Source: Anaerohalosphaeraceae bacterium
Lineage (GTDB): Bacteria; Planctomycetota; Phycisphaerae; Sedimentisphaerales; Anaerohalosphaeraceae
Direction of reading: 5' to 3'
Assembly (NCBI GenBank): GCA_050309605.1
Contig: JBNRMN010000033.1
Coordinates: 128,001 to 192,000, forward strand
DNA length: 64,000 bases
The notes under the pieces are model-generated. The model was not told the origin of the DNA, made no database searches, and was given only the letters and a program-made list of their open reading frames with translations. The translations under genes were made by a program, and so were the position numbers. Below are positions 59,092-64,000 of this stretch, piece by piece. The first letter of the stretch is position 1. Each line of letters begins with the position of its first letter.

Positions 59092-59899
59092 GTGAGCCGA
59101 TCTATTGTCGGCTCCTGACCTGTCCGGTCATCATTGAAAGGCCTTCCATGGCGCAGTAAACGACAAAAGCCCCGGTATCCGAGGGCTTCATTAACGGGAG
59201 CATAGCAAGTCAATATTAAAATGTCAAGCGACATCGCTGTAAAAGTGCGATTGAGGGGCCGATAAAATACCGGTTTTTAGTGTTGTAAGTAAGGTTTTTT
59301 GAAAAAACGTAAAATTTTCAGGGATTCACGACTCTTTTTATAGGTCAATTTTTTTGAATGCCTCGAATTTGAAATGGTGGTTTGCGCTCAAGTGAGCCGC
59401 GGGCGTCCATGCCCACGACCCTATGATACCCCAGATGCTCCTCGGCGCGTCGGGCGCGTACCGAGTACCTGTCCGTATCATCTGATGATCATTGCTGAAA
59501 TGCCTCGTTTTTTGTTCACGTCAGCCTCCTTAAAACACTCATTATTTGAGACCCTATTATACTGGCCCCTGAAGGGGATTCAATCCTCATTTCGGTGTTT
59601 TTCGAAAAAATATGAAAAATCGGTTCATTTGCGCCGGGAGATAATAAACACCATCACCGCCACAATCAGAACAATGACGAGCACTTCGTGTGAACTCAGC
59701 ATCACCGCGATCATCGCACGACCGTTCCGATAGATTGAATCATTCTGTTCATCGATCTGTTCATCGATTTCAATTATGCCGGCCCGGTGCAACGGGTCAA
59801 GTACTAATTTTTTGTGAAGCGGCATCCTGTTTTCTCTTGCGAATGCTTTGATGTCTTTTTATAGTAAACAAAAAGAACTTGTCGAGGGAGAACAGAAAA

Positions 59900-60565
59900 A
59901 TGAAGGTCTATCGCTTGTGCCCCATCGTCGCAGCGGGACTGTTTTTATGGGGGGTATCGCTGCAATCGGCGTCTGTTGAAGCTCCTTGCCAGACGCCTCA
60001 AACCTATGGTTCGGCTGAGGTGTCGCGCCTCATTGAAATGGATTCGGCCTGCACGCTGCTGTGCGATATTGAGTCCTTTCCGCCTGTCGTCGGTCAAGCC
60101 ATTCCCGTGCATCTTGAAGGGGTGGAGGTTCCCTCCGGCGGGGCGGTCAATCGTGAGGTGGCGGCCTTTCTTCAGCAGGTTCTCACGCCGGAGACGCAGG
60201 AGCCTCCTTCGATTGTGCTGAAAAACATCCGCCGCGGGCTAACGTTTTCCCTGGTGGCCGATGTCGAGGTCGATGGCAAAGACCTGGCTCAGATGCTTGT
60301 GGACAAAGGGCTGGCGCGTCGGATCATCCGGCTGGACGCCGAATCGCAGGCCGAAGGCTCCGCTGCCGCAGCGCAGGGCGAATCCTCGCAGCAGACCGAA
60401 TCGACGAAGCAAACGGGATTTGTTGCCTCACGAACCAGTAAAATCTTTCATCGCCCCGATTGCTCCCATGCCAAACGCATTGATCCGGCCAGGGTCGTCG
60501 TATTTGAAACACGGCAGGAAGCCGAGCAAAACGGGCGACGCCCCTGTAAGACCTGCAATCCGTAA
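59900..60565 (+). CDS. Exported protein with degenerate SNase-like fold and C-terminal Ada-type Zn-binding domain
   Basis: VHLEGVE, LVADVEVDGKDLAQMLVDKGLA; SKIFHRPDC...EA...GRRPCKTCNP. Confidence 0.75.
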   Translation: MKVYRLCPIVAAGLFLWGVSLQSASVEAPCQTPQTYGSAEVSRLIEMDSACTLLCDIESFPPVVGQAIPVHLEGVEVPSGGAVNREVAAFLQQVLTPETQEPPSIVLKNIRRGLTFSLVADVEVDGKDLAQMLVDKGLARRIIRLDAESQAEGSAAAAQGESSQQTESTKQTGFVASRTSKIFHRPDCSHAKRIDPARVVVFETRQEAEQNGRRPCKTCNP

Positions 60566-60591
60566 TTGGTTTAGCGGCGCCGGCCGCGCGC

Positions 60592-60629
60592 AAAAAAGCC
60601 CTTCTTTCTTAAGAGAAGGAAGGGCTTTT
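60592..60629. terminator. Bidirectional intrinsic terminator
   Basis: AAAAAAGCCCTTCTTTCT-loop-AGAAGGAAGGGCTTTT between convergent genes. Confidence 0.8.
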
Positions 60630-60667
60630 GGCTCATTTTCGGCGACACGCCGAGTCTGCCCAAAGGC

Positions 60668-60901
60668 TTACAGGTCCTGAGGTTTTACGGTGCTGCGACG
60701 ATTGGCCTCGGTCCGCTTGCAGGCCGCATCCAGAATCTCGTAAACGCACTCGTTCAGCGCCGTCGCGGTTTCGGACGAACTCATCATCCCTTTGTCTTTG
60801 ATGTACGCCTTGACCTTGCTGGTGACAACCAGCATTTCCTTTGCGGCGGCCTTTTTGGCGGCCTTTGCTTTCTTCTTTGCAGCAGCTTTTTTCTTTGCCA
60901 T
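60668..60901 (-). CDS. Bacterial histone-fold protein (Bd0055/HBb-like) with Lys/Ala-rich N-terminal tail
   Basis: GGAGGTG RBS; LVVTSKVKAYIKDKGMMSSSET...RTEANRRSTVKPQDL aligns with the Bdellovibrio histone and ends in the histone R-x-T-V-x-x-x-D motif. Confidence 0.88.
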   Translation of the reverse strand: MAKKKAAAKKKAKAAKKAAAKEMLVVTSKVKAYIKDKGMMSSSETATALNECVYEILDAACKRTEANRRSTVKPQDL

Positions 60902-61228
60902 TTCGGCACCTCCATGTTGAAAATAACGTTCCAATAAAATCGACTCTCGCGAGCCGAAAACCACGATTACGGGTATTTTGAAAAGGTTTTGGCGTTATTT
61001 CAACAAAAAAATCCACAAAAATTCACATATTTTGCACTTATAGAGCCTATAAATGCAAAATTTGCAGGTTTTTCAGCTGCGCCGCTTCTGCGGGATTGAC
61101 TTTTTCCGTCATTTCCGCGGTTTTTGGTTAATCGCTTCGCGTCTATGGTCGATTTGAAATTCGTAAACCGTGGCCTTCGAAAAGGCTTTAACCCTGCGAG
61201 TGCTGTATTTTTCGCGGAGAGCAATGCG

Positions 61229-61564
61229 ATGAATCGAAAGACCCGAAAACGAACGACCGACCTGAAGGATTATGTGACCGTGGCCTTCGCTGAGGACCTG
61301 GATCTGGCTCGCCAGTATGGCAGACTTCTGGCCGAGCAGGACATTCCGTCCGTTATCAAGAATCTGGGCAAAGCGCAGCAAGACGGCCAGAGCGGGATTG
61401 CGGTGATGGTGCCGGAAGAGTTTCTGGATGAGGCGTATGTGCTGATCAGTGAAGAGGCGTCGTATGACGATTTCTTTGATGCGGCGTTCGAAGACAACGG
61501 CTACGAAGGGTATGAACAGCGCGACCCGTCTTTTTATGATGATGACGAGGACGATCTCTTTTAA
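61229..61564 (+). CDS. Hypothetical protein (DUF2007-like) with acidic tail
   Basis: LLAEQDIP...IAVMVPEEFLDEA; GGAG RBS. Confidence 0.65.
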   Translation: MNRKTRKRTTDLKDYVTVAFAEDLDLARQYGRLLAEQDIPSVIKNLGKAQQDGQSGIAVMVPEEFLDEAYVLISEEASYDDFFDAAFEDNGYEGYEQRDPSFYDDDEDDLF

Positions 61565-61595
61565 GCTGCGGTTTGCGACGGCACAAATCAAACCA

Positions 61596-62030
61596 ATGAA
61601 CCCTATGACTGACAGGCAGCAAAATATGACGGAAAAACTGAATCCACAGCAATCGGACGTAAGCAGTGAAGATACGCGCCAGGAAAAGCGAACGACCTCG
61701 GAGGAATCGGGCGGTTTTACGGAACGCCGCAAATTCACCGAACGGCGGCGGAATCTGGTCGATCGCCGCAGCGGTTTTGATCGGCGCCGCGGTCCGGGAC
61801 ACCGGCGCACCGAGGAGCGCCGAGCCGCCGAAGAAGGCGAAATGACCGACGAGCAGTTCGACTTTTTGATGGCGATAGACCAATACAAGCGCGCCAACCA
61901 GCGTCCGTTTCCCACCTGGACGGAGGTGCTTGAAGTGGTCAAGGCCATCGGCTACCGCAAAGTCGCCGAGCCGCAGCCGCTTGAATCATTTCGCAAGGCG
62001 GACAAAAGCCAGCCCGTCGAAGTGGGATAA
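61596..62030 (+). CDS. Hypothetical protein with tandem ERR/DRR repeats and C-terminal YK..N.RPFPTW.EVL domain (start uncertain: 61596, 61605 or 61626)
   Basis: TERRKFTERRRNLVDRRSGFDRRRGPGHRRTEERR; EMTDEQFDFLMAIDQYKRANQRPFPTWTEVLEV. Confidence 0.7.
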   Translation: MNPMTDRQQNMTEKLNPQQSDVSSEDTRQEKRTTSEESGGFTERRKFTERRRNLVDRRSGFDRRRGPGHRRTEERRAAEEGEMTDEQFDFLMAIDQYKRANQRPFPTWTEVLEVVKAIGYRKVAEPQPLESFRKADKSQPVEVG

Positions 62031-62057
62031 CCTCGACCGCGCGGACAAAAGGGGCTG

Positions 62058-62858
62058 TTAAGCCTTGTTTTCAAGCGTCGTGAGGGTTTGCCGGATAAAT
62101 GCGTCGATTTCGCGGCGCATTTTTTCTTTGTCGTCAAGGTTGTCCTCGATCATTTTTACGATGCGGCTGCCGATAATCACGCCGTCGGCCCCGTCGTCGG
62201 CCACCTGCCGGGCGTGGTCGGGCGAGCTGATGCCGAAGCCCACGCACACGGGCAGGGCGGTTAAGGCCTTGAGCCGGTTGATCAGAGGCTTGACCCGCTG
62301 CGACAATGCAGTGCGCTGGCCGGTGGTTCCGAGCAGAGAGACGGTATAGATAAAGCCGGTGGTGCGTTCAATGATTTGTCTGAGCCGCGCATCGGGACAG
62401 TTGGGTGTGGCCATAAACACGGTTTCCAGACCCGCCGCTCTGGCCAGCGGAGCGATTTCGTCCGCATCGTCGATGCTCAAGTCCGCAATCAGGATGCTGG
62501 TTCCCCCGGCCTGCTTGAAATCCCGAAAGAAGGCGTCCGTACCGTACTGATAGACCGGATTGTAATAGACCAGCAGCCCGATGGGCACGGGTTTGTAAGC
62601 GGCGACTTGGGCGACAAACTCCAGCGCCTTGGGGGGCGTCATGCCCGCCTTCAGGGCGCGAATATCGGCCTTCTGGATGGTCGGGCCGTCGGCCACCGGA
62701 TCGGTAAACGGAATCCCCAGCTCAAGGATATCGGCGCCGGCGTCAAGGGCGGTCTTGACCATGTCCAGACTGGTTTGCAGGTCCGGATCGCCGATGACAA
62801 AAAACGGAATCATCGCCGCCCGATTCAATGCATTAAACACGTCTTGATAGCGTCCCAT
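62058..62858 (-). CDS. trpA: Tryptophan synthase alpha subunit
   Basis: GDP, ELGIPFTDPVADGPTIQ, YYNP, GTTG, VGFGIS, DGVIIGS. Confidence 0.96.
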   Translation of the reverse strand: MGRYQDVFNALNRAAMIPFFVIGDPDLQTSLDMVKTALDAGADILELGIPFTDPVADGPTIQKADIRALKAGMTPPKALEFVAQVAAYKPVPIGLLVYYNPVYQYGTDAFFRDFKQAGGTSILIADLSIDDADEIAPLARAAGLETVFMATPNCPDARLRQIIERTTGFIYTVSLLGTTGQRTALSQRVKPLINRLKALTALPVCVGFGISSPDHARQVADDGADGVIIGSRIVKMIEDNLDDKEKMRREIDAFIRQTLTTLENKA

Positions 62859-62938
62859 AGCAGCCTCAAAAAAATGATCCAGCCGACGGCTGTGGATAAT
62901 TTAACTTTTTGATTTTTTGATTTTTACCGTATTATTTT

Positions 62939-64000
62939 TTAATCGATGGGTCGATGTTCTTCCACGATGCCGATGTCTTTGTCGCCGCGTCCGGACAGGT
63001 TGACCACCGCGACAGTATCGGCCGGCAGTTTTCCTTGTTGCGCCAGCAGCCAGGCCAGGGCGTGCGAGCTTTCCAGGGCCGGCATGATCCCTTCCAGCCG
63101 CGTCAGCAATGCAAATGCGTCCAGCACCTGCTCATCCTCGACGGCGACATACATCGCCCGCCCGGTGTCTTTCAGATACGCATGTTCCGGCCCGACGCCG
63201 GGATAATCCAGCCCCGCTGAGATGCACTCGGTCTCGTGAATCTGCCCGTCGGCGTCCTGCAGTACATAGGTCCGAGCGCCGTGCAGAATGCCTACGGAGC
63301 CGACATTCAGCGTCGCGCAGTGATGGCCGGTGTGCAGACCTCTGCCGGCGCCTTCAATGCCGATGAGCCTGACCGATGCATCATCAAGAAAGCCGGAGAA
63401 TATGCCGATCGCGTTGGAGCCGCCGCCGACACAGGCCGCGACCAGATCCGGCAACCGCCCGATGCGCTCCAGGCACTGGGCGCGGGCTTCTTTGCCGATG
63501 ACGGTCTGAAACTGTCGGACGATCATCGGAAACGGATGCGGTCCGCCGGCCGTGCCGAACAGATAAAACGTGTCCTCCACATTCGCCGTCCAGTAGCGCA
63601 GGGCCTCATTGATGGCGTCTTTGAGTGTGCCCGTGCCGCCGGCAACCGAAATGACTTCGGCGCCGAGCAGCTTCATCTTATGCACATTGACGTTCTGGCG
63701 GGCCACATCGACGCAACCCATAAAAATTTTGGTCTCCATCCCGAACAGCGCTCCGACCATAGCGGTTGCCAGGCCGTGCTGGCCGGCGCCGGTTTCGGCG
63801 ATGAGTTTTTTCTTGCCCATATAGCGAGCCAGCAGCCCCTGACCGAGGGCGTTGTTGGTCTTGTGAGCGCCGCCGTGCAGCAAATCTTCGCGTTTGAGCC
63901 ACACGGCAAAGCCGGCTTGTTCGCTGAATCGCCGGGCGTGATACAGCGGCGTCGGGCGTCCGGCGTAATCGGCCAGCAGGGCGTTCAAGTCGCTGACAAA
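62939..64000 (-). CDS. trpB: Tryptophan synthase beta subunit (5' end outside window)
   Basis: [62 protein letters not shown]. Confidence 0.97.
   Translation of the reverse strand, partial: FVSDLNALLADYAGRPTPLYHARRFSEQAGFAVWLKREDLLHGGAHKTNNALGQGLLARYMGKKKLIAETGAGQHGLATAMVGALFGMETKIFMGCVDVARQNVNVHKMKLLGAEVISVAGGTGTLKDAINEALRYWTANVEDTFYLFGTAGGPHPFPMIVRQFQTVIGKEARAQCLERIGRLPDLVAACVGGGSNAIGIFSGFLDDASVRLIGIEGAGRGLHTGHHCATLNVGSVGILHGARTYVLQDADGQIHETECISAGLDYPGVGPEHAYLKDTGRAMYVAVEDEQVLDAFALLTRLEGIMPALESSHALAWLLAQQGKLPADTVAVVNLSGRGDKDIGIVEEHRPID

Overview
Mostly housekeeping chromosome of a GC-rich bacterium. The C-terminal dockerin-like 'D-x-N/D-x-D-G-x-V...F...W-L' modules and the gene content suggest Planctomycetota (Phycisphaerae/Sedimentisphaerales-like); this is inference. 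Core loci: GH3 glycosidase, nadC-uvrB, greA-ispD, pilT plus a divergent PilB/GspE-like ATPase, lemA-htpX, ilvB-ilvN...ilvC, GH2, nfi, uvrA, tRNA-Gln-glmU-prs-rplY-pth-rpsF-ssb-rpsR-rplI-dnaB-bamA-skp-lpxD-lpxC/fabZ-lpxA-(gnnA-like), ribBA, an ECF sigma/anti-sigma pair, RNase P RNA and trpBA. Accessory insertions: an AT-rich island splitting ilvN from ilvC, AbiE and MNT-HEPN toxin-antitoxin pairs, and a four-helix-bundle pseudogene splitting lemA from htpX. Strongest leads: (1) the island, which encodes a secreted dockerin-bearing 936-aa protein with a C-terminal His-Gly/Ser-Cys (caspase/gingipain-like) domain followed by paralogous lipoproteins, a polymorphic toxin-immunity layout, behind a two-state RNA leader; (2) a Bd0055-type bacterial histone with a Lys/Ala-rich N-terminal tail; (3) a four-helix-bundle gene bracketed by mutually complementary heptamer arrays, with apparently 'empty' versions of the same architecture at other intergenic sites; (4) an RNase P RNA whose two variable helices are closed by an identical 15-bp stem. 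All calls were made by eye from motifs; no searches or folding programs were run.
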